64,000 nt of DNA from Vitrella brassicaformis CCMP3155. Taxonomy: Eukaryota; Protista; Chromerida. The number at the start of each line of letters is the position of its first letter. Position 1 is the stretch's first letter. The stretch spans positions 41,827 through 105,826 of the forward strand of contig CDMY01000352.1 of the NCBI GenBank assembly GCA_001179505.1. The letters run 5' to 3'. The position numbers and the translations under genes are program-made. Under the pieces are notes generated by a model that saw only the letters and a program-made list of their open reading frames with translations, did not search any database and was not told the DNA's origin. Below, in pieces: positions 1 through 12,936 of this stretch.

Positions 1-310
1 GATGGTGGAGATGGTCCATGGCAGGTTGAGCATGTTGACGGCCTTCTTGTTGTGGATGTTGTACCAGGTGTTGAGGAAGTACCACAGAGCCACCAGACCC
101 AATGTGATGAGCGTCTCCCTCATGTCGCTTGAGGCCGCCTTCTTCTCCTCCTGCGTCAATGAGTGAGAGAGGACAGGACGACGGACGACATCGACAAGAG
201 CGCATGATTGCCTGCCTGCCAGCCTGGCTGTGGCTGAGTGGCTGATGTATGTATACCTCCTTCTTCTCATTGTCCCTGAAGGTGCCGTACGCTGCGCCGC
301 GGGTCGTCAT
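1..310 (-). CDS. Plastid triose-phosphate/phosphate translocator (APT1/oTPT-like), 5' part; gene continues off the left edge
   Basis: Exon 310-257 (MTTRGAAYGTFRDNEKKE), GT-AG intron 256-151, exon 150-1 (EEKKAASSDMRETLITLGLVALWYFLNTWYNIHNKKAVNMLNLPWTISTI). WYxLNxWYNIxNKKxxN..LPW is the TM1 signature of TPT/PPT translocators. Confidence 0.9.
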   Translation of the reverse strand, partial: MTTRGAAYGTFRDNEKKEVYIHQPLSHSQAGRQAIMRSCRCRPSSCPLSLIDAGGEEGGLKRHEGDAHHIGSGGSVVLPQHLVQHPQQEGRQHAQPAMDHLHH

Positions 311-555
311 GGTGTGGGCTGCTCGGCTGCCTGGGAGATCTACCAGACAGGCAGACAGCACGTTCACACACGCCACATGCACATGCAGACAGGTTTTCGT
401 TGTCGTGGGGCAGATGTGGGTACCTGAGCGGTGCCTCGTTCGTTCGTCAACCTCACAGGGACCTTGCCTCAGAGCGACGTTCACCAAAGCTGATTGGTGG
501 GGTTTGGATCGCCTGCCCTAACCCTAAAACCCTGCGAGCAGCGGTGTGTAGATGG

Positions 556-1523
556 ATGTCGAGTGATTTGAGTCATTCGCCGGCGCCGCCGCCAATCAAA
601 CCGAGGAGTCACAAGACCGTGCTGCTCGGGTGAGCGAATGATGAGGTCACAGCACCAGGCAAGAAGCAGAAGCAGCGGCAAGCTGTTCTCGTTGCTGTCT
701 GCAGGGATGCGTCAGTTGGCAAGTCGAGCATAGTGATGCGGTTCGTCAAGAACGTCTTCTCGGACGCCATGGAGGCGACTGTAGGTATTGAGAGCATTCA
801 CACACATATTCTATTCCACATCAGCACACACACGGAGCCACGCACAGCAGCAGAGGGATGGATGCATGGTTGTTTGCAGAGAGCATTGCATACCGTTCTG
901 ATTGAGTGACTGACTGACTGAGTGTACCAGTGTCTGTCTGTCTGTGTGCGTCTATCTGTTCTGTTGATTCCTTTCGTGCAGGTGCGGCGTTTGCCACCCA
1001 GACGCTTGACGTGGACGGCAAGACAGTCAAGTTCGAGATATGGGACACCGCTGGTGAGTGGGTCAATAAGCATCGTGAGAGAGAGGGTACACCCATGGCA
1101 TGCGCTGGCTTATTGGTTGGCGTTCTCTTTCATCTCACGCATCAATCCATCAGGTCAGGAGCGGTTTTCGAGTCTGGCTCCGATGTACTACAGGGGCGCG
1201 TCAGCGGCCATTGTGGTCTATGACCAGAGCAACAGACAGTCTTTCGAGCGCGCACAGACATGGTACACACGTGGCTGTGTGTGTGTTTGGAGGGAGGCAC
1301 TGCACACCACACCTGGATGGGATGTGTGTGGGGTGCATGTGTGGTTTGTGTTTTGATGTATCAGGGTGAAGCAGCTGCAGCTGTCGGGCAACCCCAACAT
1401 CGTGATTGCGCTGGCTGGTGGGTCCACACAAACACACACCACACAGAGAGAGAAGCGTGGGACTGACTGCCATGACATCGACATGGTCGGTGTCGTGTGT
1501 GTGTGTGTGTTTGTGTGTGTTTT

Positions 1524-1563
<40 letters not shown>

Positions 1564-2125
1564 TGTGTGTTGCCGCGTCCGTCCGTCAGCCAACAAGATG
1601 GATTTGCCTGAGAGGGCAACTTCCCTTGAGCAGGCCAGGCAATACGCTGGTCGGTGAGCTCAGCTCGGTGGGCTGGCTACAAGCACGCCATCCATCCATC
1701 CATCCATCCATCTATCCAATGTACTTATTGATTGGCTCAGATGACAACGGCTTGTTGTTTATCGAGACATCCGCCAAGACGGGGCAGAACATACAGCAGC
1801 TCTTCAGCATGCTCGGTCCGTCGACAAAGAAATAAGGAGACACTCGCTCACGGTCCGTCTGTGACCTGATTGATCATTGCAGCACGGCGGTTGCCTGAAC
1901 AGCCAGTGCAGCAAGCTGCGGCAGGTCAGACAGAGAGAGAAAGAGAGAGCGCCAGTGGGGCGAGGCGGCGACGATGCATGCATCATTTCGTTCGGTGCTT
2001 GGTGTGTCGTGTGGTGTGTGTCGTCGTGTCTGTCATTGTCAGGTGCGTTGCGTTTGGATGCGACCCCCAACACGGCCTCGGCCAAGCCAGCCACGCTGTC
2101 ATCGCGGTGCTGCTCGAGTGCGTGA
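556..2125 (+). CDS. RAB5: Rab5-family small GTPase (multi-exon)
   Basis: Spliced motifs: KTVLLG|[27 protein letters not shown]|[30 protein letters not shown]-terminal CCSSA prenylation signal. Confidence 0.93.
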
Positions 2126-2822
2126 GAGCCGACAGACAGACAGACAGACAGGCTGCCTAAGTGTGCGTGCGAGGTGATGGAACAGACAGGGCGGACCGAC
2201 CGGCGGGGCGGGATGGATACGTTTCGTTTTTTGACGACGCTGACTGACTGACTTGGCAGACCTCTGTGTTTGTTGTACATGTGTGTGTATGGGTGTTTTT
2301 GGGTAAGAATGTGTTGGTATAACGCACACACACACACATCATGGGTTCAAACCCTCCCCCTCGTGCTACCTACCTAACTCTGTCGGCTCTCGGCCGTGTC
2401 AGTCAGTCATGTGTTGATTGATGGATACATGTCACGACGGGGCTGAGGCCTGCAGACCAGCAAAAGACTGCTCGCTAGGGCTGGCCACCTCCAGGCTGCG
2501 AACGACACGTGCCCCCGCGGCCGGCCACACGTGACGGACCAGACAGACTTGTCAATGGGATACATGGCCAGGCAGACCATTCTATCTGTCCCATCCCCAC
2601 AGAAGCATCCATGGCATTAGACACACGAATCACGCCATCCCCCCACGCCCGCTCAGCCCGTCACGAGGGCCTATCCTTCCCACACACTCATTCCCTCTGT
2701 CAGTCAGTATGTCTATGTCTGTCAGTCTGTCTGTCTGCAGACGAACACACGCCAGCCGGACCTATGCTTCAAAACCCGCTCCTAGGCACATCACTCACTC
2801 ACTCACTCAGCCAACAACTCAT

Positions 2823-5800
2823 TCACCACTCATCCTCCTCGTTGTCATCGGTGGCACCACCGCCGGCCCCACCACCACCGCCCGCGACAGGTGCGGGTGC
2901 AGGCATCACCCACCTGCGGACCTCGCCACGCTGCTCGTCTGCTGCTTGCTCCTCGGTGGGCTCGGTGCTGCTGCTGGCCATGCTGGCACTGTGGCCGTGG
3001 GAGGGGGTGGGGCCAGGCGCCTTGGGCACATAACGCTGCATACACACATATGCACAGAGAGACGCGGGGGTGGATGGATGGATGGATGGATCGGTGCCTC
3101 TTTGTTCGTGTGTATGTGGTGCATGTGGGGTGGTGTGGTGTTTGTTCACCTGGCTGCCCCCTCTGCCACCCGGTGCGGGTGGCGGCATTCCTCCGCCCCA
3201 TGAGCCGCCCCCTCCTCCTCCCCCTCCCCTGTCGCTGCTATTCCTACGGTGTCTACCGGGCCCCTTGATGTGTCTGCGATTCTGGCCCTGGCCCTCTCCA
3301 CCACCACCCTGCTGCTGGTGCTGCTGTTGTTGACCTTCCGAGCCCGCCTCGTCATACATGGCGCGCTTCCACCCTTTGCCCCCTCCCCCGCCACCTCGTG
3401 TGCTCTGGTTCTGCCGCCCCCCTCCGATGAGATTGTCCTTAGCCGCCGCCTTGCGCTTCCACACCGTCTTGTGGTTGCCGCCTTGACCCTGGGCCTCACT
3501 GCCTGGCGACAATTGCTGCTGCTGCTGCTGCTGCTGCTTGGAGCCGTTCTCGTGCTGGTGCCGGAGTTGGGAAGTGGTGGGCTGGCTGTGTCTCTCTGTT
3601 GTTGTGTGGCGTGTGTTGGCCGGGAATGGAGCAGCTGCTGGGGCAGGTGCAGGTGCAGGTGCAGAGGCAGGGGATGGGCCTGGGGTGTCTCTGCTGCTGG
3701 TGCTGCTGGTGCTGGGGATGGCGTGACGCGAGGCGGGCGAGCTCGAAGGCGAGTTCGCGTTGATGACGACCTTCATGGCCGACCTAAACACCGCACCGGG
3801 CCTCTCGCGCGACGATCTTCCTCTCCCCCTGTCATCCCCACCACCACCACCACCGCGCCTCTCCTCTCTCTCTATGGGGGATGAGCGCCCCTGCAGAATG
3901 GACAGCAGCTCTTTGCCCGCTTCAACGCCCTTGAGTCTGGCTCCCGTGGATGACGCCTGTGTGCTGTCGGCTGTTGTGCTGTCGTGTTGTTGCTGTTGCT
4001 GATGTTGCTGATGTTGCTGATGTTGCTGATGTTGCTGATGTGGCTGTGCGATGGGGTGTGGGGCGTTCTTTAGTGTGTCGAAGAGGCTGGGCGGGGAGAC
4101 GATTGTCGGCGTGGTGTGGGAGAAGGGGATGGGCGGGATGGTCGCGCGAGAAGAATGCTGCACCCACATGACAATGAACATGACAATGTCATGTATATGT
4201 CAAGAGAGCTGTGAGGCCTCTTCCCGTGCACACTTACCATTCCGTTGTCCCTGTCAGTGTGCCCATTCCTCCCCCCGCCCTCTTCCCCCACCCCCACCTG
4301 CTGCTCCTGCCCACGGCCCCCACCATTGCCCGCACCCTGGGCAAGTCCAGAAGTCTCACGCAACCGCTCAAGCACAAAACTGATCCCATCGTCACCACCA
4401 TGATGGTTTTCGCTTCTGGCCGCCACACCGCTCTCCTGCCCCTGGGCCTGCTGCTGCTGTGCTTGTGGGGGGAACAACGCTGCCAATGATGGGGGCAGCT
4501 GCGCGCCGGGCGGTCGCGGCGGGGGTGCAGTCACGAGTGGCACCGTCATGGGGGCAGGGTGTGTTCGCGAGGGAATCGACGAGCCGCTGGCCGACTGGCT
4601 GGGCGATGGGCGAGAGGAGGGGTGGGAGTGCAGGGCTGCGAAGGGGTCGTGATGGTGCGGCTGGGTGCTGGGATGGATGTGGGCGGTGTGGGTCTCGCTG
4701 TGGTTGCGCCCCCAGGGAGGAGCATGCGTGTGGGTGTGAGTGTGCGGCCAGCCGGGCTGCGACGCGCTCGAAGAGACCGCTCTGAGGTCCCGATGGTTGT
4801 GGCCGTGGCTGCCGTCACCCCGCCCTGCCCCTCCGCTTTTGGCCATTTCCTGTGAGATGAGGTACTGGAGCATCTCGCGGCCATTCTCGTCGAGCTGGTT
4901 CAGGTGCTGCAGCAGCTGATTGTGGCTCATGTGCTGATACTGCTGATACTGCTGGTCCTGCAACTGCTGCAGGTGCTGCTGCTGCTGCTGATGCGCTTCA
5001 TGGTGGCCATGGTGGGAGGGGTAGCCGTACGCCGACGAGGGCGAGTCTGGTGAGCCGGGTCGCCAGTCGATGGGTGGGGGGTGTGTCGGGGGCGGCGGGT
5101 ACATGTATGGCTGCATCGCCGGGGGGCCGGCAGGGGCAGGAGGGTGGGGGTGGGGAAAGATCCCTCTCCCTGCTGCTGCTGCGGGTGCTGGAGGGGGCTG
5201 GTAGCTACTCGATGGGGGCGGGCGAGACAGCGCATCAACCTGAGGAAGGAACAGAATTAGTAGGACACACAGAGAGGGCCCGGCGCACTGTGTCTTGGGG
5301 GCGGCGCGCTGACTTTGGCTTTGAGTGCAGCGTCGGGTGTGTATCCCGCCTCCTCCATCTCACGAACGTACGCACGAGACAGTCCTTCGTCGCCACAACT
5401 GCACACGCGCACCGCGGGGCACCCCATAGACACAACAGACGATTCCTTTGCCTCGTGTATGTGTGTGTGTGTGTGGCTGACTTGACGGCGGTAGTGAGTA
5501 AGAGGTTGTATGTCTGTGGCGCGATGGGGATGTTGGAGGCATTGAGGTCGTCCATCACCTGCACCGCCACATCCAACTGCTGATGACGCGCCGCCCTGAG
5601 AGCATTCACAAGGACACACATGCCCATGGTCATCCAAGCAAAGCATCTTAGGACTTCTCTCTGTCTGCACTGCATATTGTGTTGTCGGGTACTCACTCCT
5701 TGAGTATTTTGACGGCCTCCTTGTTGCCGTCGATGAACCGCCGATGGTGGTCCAGATTCGCACCCGATAACGGGGGCGTGCCCGCATCAGCACGACCCGA

Positions 5801-7139
5801 CACACCCGCACCCCTGACACCACCGTCTGCCGCTACCGCTCCCTCCTCTCTCTGCGTGGCGAGGGTGGTGCTGTCACCCGTCACACGCGGCTGCTTCTTC
5901 TCCTCCTTGTTGTGTATGCGGTGCACGGCCTCTCGCACCAGAGCCATCAGCACACGCTCCATCAAACTCCCGCCCTCCTCTGCTACCGGAACCTCTGCGC
6001 TTTCCACCCCAACACCAGCACCAGTATCGACCGTGGCCGTGGCTGTGGCTGCTGCAGTAGGTGGTGGGGGTGGGGGTGGGGGAGGTATGGCGTCGGCGAC
6101 TCCGTGCTGCTGCTGCTGCTGCTGCTGTGGCGGTGGGGGCGGCAGTTGTGTGACGGGTTTGCCGACGTTGTGTACTTTGCGTAGGGTGGACCGGGAAGGG
6201 GACCCTGCCAGAGGGATGGGCGGCGGGGGCTGGGTGGGCAGTGCCGGCAGGGCACCCAGAAACTGACATACATGAGGAGGACAAGAGAAGAAAGAAACGT
6301 ATGAGAGAGAGAAAGGGTCTCTGTGTGCTGTGCTGTGCTGTGTTGTGTTGCGTACCTCTGATGGAATGACTTGTGGCTGTGGCGACCCGACAGACGGTGC
6401 CGTCCGTGACTCCAACATCGCCTCTACGCTGTCCTCCCCCTCAATATGCAGATGACGCCCCTTAGAAACACCAGCAGCAGGCGCAAGACTTGCCGCGGCC
6501 GCCTCCAGCGGCCCCCTGACGTCCAAACCGCCCATCCTCTCCATAATCGCATCCACCCCAGCAACGCCACCGATCCCAACACCCTCATCATGGCCACCAT
6601 CCAAGGGCGTCGCGTGTGTGAGCACCGATGTGCTATCAGCAGCCACGAGAGGGGGCTGCGTATGCACCACGGGCAACGGCAATGGCGCCAGTGGTGCAGG
6701 CGCTGCCGTTGCTTGTGTGGGTGATTGAGTGTCGACTGGAGGTGCCGGTGCCGGTGCCGGTGCTGGCGGGGGTGGGGGAGGAGGGGGCGGCGGGTGTGCG
6801 GGGCACGGAACCGGGGATATCACCGACGGCGGGGCCGCCGAGGGCATCCCGAACTGGTGCGCCTGCATCACCGGCAGCCAACCTTGCTGCTGAATTAATT
6901 GCACAGACACACCACACACCACCCACAGATTCACAGATTGATTCACAAGTTCCATGCGTTTGTGGTTATGGGTACCTTACCTCCATGGCTGGTTTGGTGT
7001 TCTGTTTGGTGGTCTGTTTGGCGGATCGGTCGTTGCGGCGAGAGGGCCTGGCGCCACGGGTGGCGGGAGAGCCTGGACCTGCCGCATTGGGGGCCGAGGG
7101 CGAGAAGGGATGCCGACCCTCATAACTGACATGGGCATA

Positions 7140-7174
<35 letters not shown>

Positions 7175-8216
7175 GGATACCCAACGCGCACAAGACAAGA
7201 TTCTCCCCTCCCCCTGTTTGTTTGTTTGTGGATGGATTGCGTTGCGTGTGTTGTGTACCCCACCCTCTCTGTTGCTCGGCGAGTCTTCGCATCCCTGCCC
7301 GGGCCGGATCAAAGACGAGCTTGATGCCGTCGGCGCCAGGCGGCCGCTCGCCAGACAATTCACCCAGCTATAAACGCGCGGCGCACACACATAGCATACA
7401 AGGAGGGGATCACCCATTCACCCACCTACTTACCATGCTCCTCCGCACCCGCAGCATGGTGTGCACAGAGTAGCGGCATTCCCTCTCCCTCTCCCGCCCC
7501 ATCACGGCCGTCCGTGAGGGCGGCAGCAGCCCGTACGCCGTCGGCGGCCGACTGGGAGGCAACGGCATCCCCCTCCCAGCCCCCATCGGAGGACGCGCCA
7601 CCGAATGCGTCGTATGTGTGGGGGGCCGGCGGGGCGGCATTTGGGCAGCGGCAAGAGGGAGGGTGGGCGTGCCGCCACGGGGTGAGATGAAGGCCGGGTC
7701 GGCGGTATGATGCTGTTGCTGCTGCTGATGCTGCTGATGGTGCTGTCTGGGGTGGTGGTCACGGTGAGGGTCTTCTCGGCGGCTGGCGTGGTTGTTATCT
7801 TTCTTGGTCTTCTTCTCTTTGCCACTGGCGCGTTGCGAGGCTCTGTCAGATTGTCGCTGCTGCCGCGGCCGGCCCGACACCACAAACCACACCAACGCGC
7901 ATATCTGCAGCCAGACGAACAAACGCCGACAAGACAACACACCACACCATACCAGCGAAGAAGCCTGGACAGATCTCTCCATCCATCTCTGCATCCTATC
8001 CATGAGTGTGTGCGCATCTTCCACCCACATGGATGAGCGAGTGGATGAGCTGAGTATTGCTTTGCTTACCAGCGGCACGGCGATTCGGATGACCCATACG
8101 ATGATGTTCATGACCTGCATCGTCTGGCTGCTGTGTGTGTGGCCGCCGCCGTCCTCCGTTGCCACGGCGCCATCGCCCGGTCCGCCTGGCGCAAAGTATG
8201 AAGAACCCCCATCCAT
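2823..8216 (-). CDS. Large low-complexity (Q/P/G/H-rich) protein with two tandem PPR-like motifs
   Basis: A series of long same-strand ORFs (8216-7410, 6955-5693, 5238-4070, 4181-2823) is separated by microsatellite introns. The spliced central part reads KEAVKILKEAARHQQLDVAVQVMDDLNASNIPIAPQTYNLLLTTAVNCGDEGLSRAYVREMEEAGYTPDAALKAKVDAL. The exact exon chain is uncertain and this could be more than one gene. Confidence 0.6.
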
Positions 8217-8342
8217 TTCCTCCACAAACGACACGCAGCCGTCCGTCACAACACCGTAACGACTTGGCGCAGAATGGAACGCACTTTCTCGGATCTTCGA
8301 AGAAATTTACGGGGGTGAAGGGGGTTCGTGAGGTGTATCGGG

Positions 8343-8410
8343 ATTGGTTAATTCACTTTTTTTCCCATAATTGGTTAATTCACTTTTTTTCCCATAATTG
8401 GTTAATTCAC
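8343..8410. repeat. AT-rich 27-bp tandem repeat, ~2.5 copies (ttggttaattcactttttttcccataa)
   Basis: Direct reading. The ORF track shows the 9-aa periodicity DWLIHFFSH-NWLIHFFSH-NWLIH. Confidence 0.9.
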
Positions 8411-9808
8411 TGAATTAGTGGTCACATTTGTCCGGGCAGCACGCACGCCACGCCACGCCATGCCGTGTACGCCAAGTCATGCCATGCCATGCCGACTCGG
8501 GAAGATTAAACCCTCCACACAGCCTCCACAGCGCAGGCACACAGACATGCGCACCACACCACACCACACCATGATACGGCAGCACGACAGAGAGAGAGGG
8601 AGAGAGAGAGAGAGAGAGAGTGCGCTGGGTGGGGTCGGTGGGTGGGCGGGGGCAGGAAGGCAGCTGTGCCAGCAGGCAGCCTCTCTTCTGCGGCTCTCTC
8701 TGGAGCCACGAGCCACTGTGCGCTGCCTGCCTGCCTGTCTATCATATGCCCCACCATGGGGTGGGGGTTGCTAGGCTAGATCAAGTCGTTCGCCCGGCGC
8801 GCGTGTGATCCACTGATGAATGATGAACAGATGGATGTAACGGATGCGTTAGGCATTGGATGGAAAAACCTCACGGAGGCAGACAGACAGACAGACAGAT
8901 GTCACCCATCCCAAAAGCAAATGCAAACAAACGGTTTGTCTGTCTGTGTTTGTCTGTGCGGCTCCCAGACCACCCTTCCCCCCCGGCCTCCATCTCTCCT
9001 CCCGTCGTCTCAGCTGCCTGGCTGCCATCCTATCATATCTTTCTCTGGCCGGGCCGGCACTGGCAATGACATAGGCAACAAGGGAGAGAGGGAGGGAGGG
9101 AGGGAGGGAGGGAGAGCATAGCGATGTGGGAAAAACACCATAGACGTAACAGACAGATAGATGGATGGATGCAGTGGCCTTGTGTGTCTGCTGGTGTGTC
9201 GTTCATAACCACAATCAGTCAGTCAATCGACAGTACATCATCCCATCCACTGCCAGTCAGTCAGTCAGTCAGTCTTGAGTCAGTCATCCCATCCTGTAGC
9301 TCAGTGGGCAGTGCGGTGGGGGTGTGTGGGGGTCACTCGAGAACAGGATGGTAGGTACGAGGCTGCTGGGTAGCTGTACACTCGTCAAGACAGACAGGCA
9401 GAGAGGATCTGGCAGACAGACAGACAGGGAGAGGGAGGAAGACAGGCAAGCACCGGTCCGTTCATTCGTATGCAAATTAGATAGATAGATGTGTGTCGGT
9501 AGGTATGCAAAACCATCCTCTTGGCCAGGCCATGTAGTGGTTGGTCACACAGACAGAAAATGCGCTGCGCTGCGTTGCCTTCACAACAACAAGGAGTGGC
9601 GGGTGATGTGGCGAGGCAGTGTGTGTGTGATGGTGCCCCCGTGTATGTGTTGCCCATGTGGCTCTACAGGTGCCCATCCCATCCCATCCCCCCACCCATC
9701 CCGCACCCACAGGCACTAAGCTACAAAGGAAGGAAGAGACCAGTATGCAGCCGGCCATCCATCCATCCATCCAGCTGAGCCTCCCCGCAGCCAGCCATTC
9801 ACACACAT

Positions 9809-10107
9809 NNNNNNNNNNNNNNNNNNNNNNNNNNNNNNNNNNNNNNNNNNNNNNNNNNNNNNNNNNNNNNNNNNNNNNNNNNNNNNNNNNNNNNNNNNNN
9901 NNNNNNNNNNNNNNNNNNNNNNNNNNNNNNNNNNNNNNNNNNNNNNNNNNNNNNNNNNNNNNNNNNNNNNNNNNNNNNNNNNNNNNNNNNNNNNNNNNNN
10001 NNNNNNNNNNNNNNNNNNNNNNNNNNNNNNNNNNNNNNNNNNNNNNNNNNNNNNNNNNNNNNNNNNNNNNNNNNNNNNNNNNNNNNNNNNNNNNNNNNNN
10101 NNNNNNN
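9809..10107. other. Assembly gap (N run)
   Basis: ~300 consecutive N. Confidence 1.
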
Positions 10108-10202
10108 NGGGGTGGGGGAGGAGGGGAGGGCGAGTAACCGTCGACGGTGCAGACTGATGGATGGCCTGGGGCGCATCTCGCCGCACCTGGTCACTCACTC
10201 CT

Positions 10203-12586
10203 TCAGGCTTTATTGGACGAGACTGGGGGATTCAGATAAATAACCTGTACGCAGCCCAGCCACACCGCCGGCAGACAGACAGACAGACAGACGATGAGAT
10301 GTCGCGGAAGGACCAGACCAGTGGAGTGGGGGTGGGGGGTGGGGTGAGTGCGGTGCCTTTCGCTCACTTGCACGGTTATGTCGTCGACCACGTTGCCCTC
10401 CTCCGCCACCCACCTGTCAAACGAACGCCACACAACACAACACAAGACAAGACAAGACAAGATGCAAGAGCAGCTAGATTAGATAGATGTGTGATAAGGT
10501 GTGTGTGTTGTGTTGTTTCACAAACCGTTTCCATGACTCTCCGGCGAGTGTCTCGGCGGCCTCCTGGACGTTCTTGATGGGCCTGCTGGCGACCATGTCG
10601 ACGGCCTCCTGGGAGGAAATGAACTCCCACACGCCGTCGCTGCACATGATGATGAACTGGTCCTTGGAAGGGTCAAGATTGTACACTGATTGATGGACGC
10701 ACCCACATCATGTCATGTGGTGTGGTGGATTGGATTGGATTGTGCGAATGGTCTGGTCCGTGTGTGTGTGTGATCTGTTCTCTTCTGTTCTGTACATGTG
10801 ATCTCTGGTTCGGCGATGACCCCTGCTGATGAGCCGACAGTGTCACCCAACGCTCTGATATACACACACAGACAGACAGAGAGAGAGGGAGACACACATA
10901 TGAGACACACAGGGGAATGCAATGCGTGTGTTGTGTTGTGTTGTCGGGTCGGTGGGGCCGGGGCAGGGAGGGGAGGGGAGGTGCCCACCTAGACATGGCG
11001 AGTCCGGGGTAGAGTTTGCCCTTGACGAACACGCGATACGGAATGTCGCCCTCCAACCGGCGAACCTGACCACCTGCACACAAAAACAGAGACACAGACA
11101 CGCACGGGCGTCGTTCTGGGGCATTCTAGTCAGAGGTGTGTGTGTGTGTGTGTACCTGATGCGACGATTCTTTTCTTCTCAGCCTCCAGGTTGGGCTTGT
11201 GGTCGTTGGTCAGATCCACAGCCCACACGCGACGAGCTGAAGCAACAAACACACACACACACACATACACACACACACTCCTTATTAGAGCCAGGCTACC
11301 CACAGCCAGCACGCACACACACACCTGTGAAATGGTTGTCACCTTTTTGGTCTACTTTGCCGAGTACGCATCTGGAGTCGCCGACGTGGGCCACCCACAG
11401 CTTGTGCTCACTCATGCGGTGCAGCGCCACAGTGGCGGTGCTCCCGCTCAACGTGCAGTCGAACCGACCCGTCGCAGCCGTCTGCTCCAACAACTTGTGC
11501 ACCTGCAAAACCAAACACACACACACACACACACGTCGCCACACGTGAAAGAGGGGGAGGGGGGGGCACGGGGCGTGTGTGTTGTGTGTGTATGATGGGA
11601 TGGATGGTAGGGAGCGACCTGTAGGAATGCGTATCTGAGTGCGGCTTTAGGGTCTGTCTGGAAGTTGGAGTGGCCGCAGACGAGCTTGGGGATGTGCTGC
11701 TGCACGAAATGCGACACGTCATGGCCGTACGGGCCGTGACCTACACACACACACACACACACACGATCACACACACATGTGAGCACAGGGCGGGGCGGGC
11801 ATGCACATAATCCAGTGTCCATCGACTTGACTGTCTGTCTGACTGTCTGTCTGCCTGTCTGTCTGTCTGGCTGACCGTCAAACACGCCATACAAGGCCCA
11901 GTCCCCCATCCTGACACACACACAGACAGACACGGCAAGGCAAGACCAGGAAAAGATATGTCGTCCCATCCATCCCACATCTCAGCTGTCTGTCTGTCTG
12001 TCTATGTGAACGAGCCGAGCCCTACAACCGACCTGTAGATGAAGAAGTCGTCCTGGTTGGGCGACTCGGGTTTGAGCCCCTTCCTGCAGGCGTACCCCAC
12101 ACCCACGTCGCCAAACGACATACCGTCACCGCGCAGCTCCTGCATCTTGTTCTGATGAGATGAGATAGATGAACCAAACACATAGCAACACATACCAACA
12201 AACACACCGTCAAATCATCAACCAACCCACACCTCCCTCTCTCTGCTCACATCGAATCCCCTCTGGACTCCATTGGACGGCGCGCCCGAGACGGAGAGGC
12301 GTCTGCCCGTGTTGGCGAACTGGCCCATCCAGTTCTGGTCGCCCACCTTGTCGGGCGCCGGTGTGGCCTCGGTCTGGTGGTTGCTGGAGGCCATGGTGCT
12401 GCCATTGCCCTCGAGTGGCGGCAGCTGCGTCCCCACCGAACCGCGAGGCTCCTCTTCGTCAGACGAGACGGGCCGCGCCTCGCTGGACTGGCTCACCGAC
12501 AGCCGCCGTCTGCGGTCGGCAATGCGCTTGCCGGCGGCGTCATCGGTGACGTCGTCCGTGGCGCTCTTGCTGCCGCAACTACCCAT
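10203..12586 (-). CDS. PP2C/PPM-family protein phosphatase with predicted N-myristoylation/palmitoylation
   Basis: N-terminus MGSCGS. Spliced motifs: KGLKPESPNQDDFF, LYGVFDG|HGPYGHDVS, SGSTAT, VAHVGDSR, DLTNDHKP, GLAMSR|ALGD, CSDGVWEF, VDDITV. Confidence 0.95.
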
Positions 12587-12936
12587 ACTAGCACCCAGGG
12601 TCCCTGAAGCCGGTGGTGCCGCACCGCCGACGGTCTTCCGCTTGGGTTTGGCCCGTGCTGGCGTCTGCACGGGAAGATGCGATAGGGTCCTCTTCTTCAA
12701 CTGCCGATGAGACAAAATCTTGAACGACGGGGGAAGGGACGCAACGCGGCTGAGCAGGCCGCGTGACGACCTCACAGCAGCACGGCAGGGGGCGGGAGAG
12801 CCGAGCCTCACTGGAAATGTGCCAAACGACTGCCTCCGAACCCTCTACGCCAAAATCGCAACCATCGCCACTCGAGCTCGCAGATTTAAATGGTTTCGCC
12901 CACGCCCTAAGAACCCTGAGCAGAGGAGGCCCATGC

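Noticed and set aside
8800-9800. Exon-like blocks (e.g. YAKPSSWPGHVVVGHTDRK; NHYMAWPRGWFCIP) between the PPR gene and the first gap
   Set aside because: I could not build a consistent spliced ORF on either strand, and the adjacent N gap prevents resolution.
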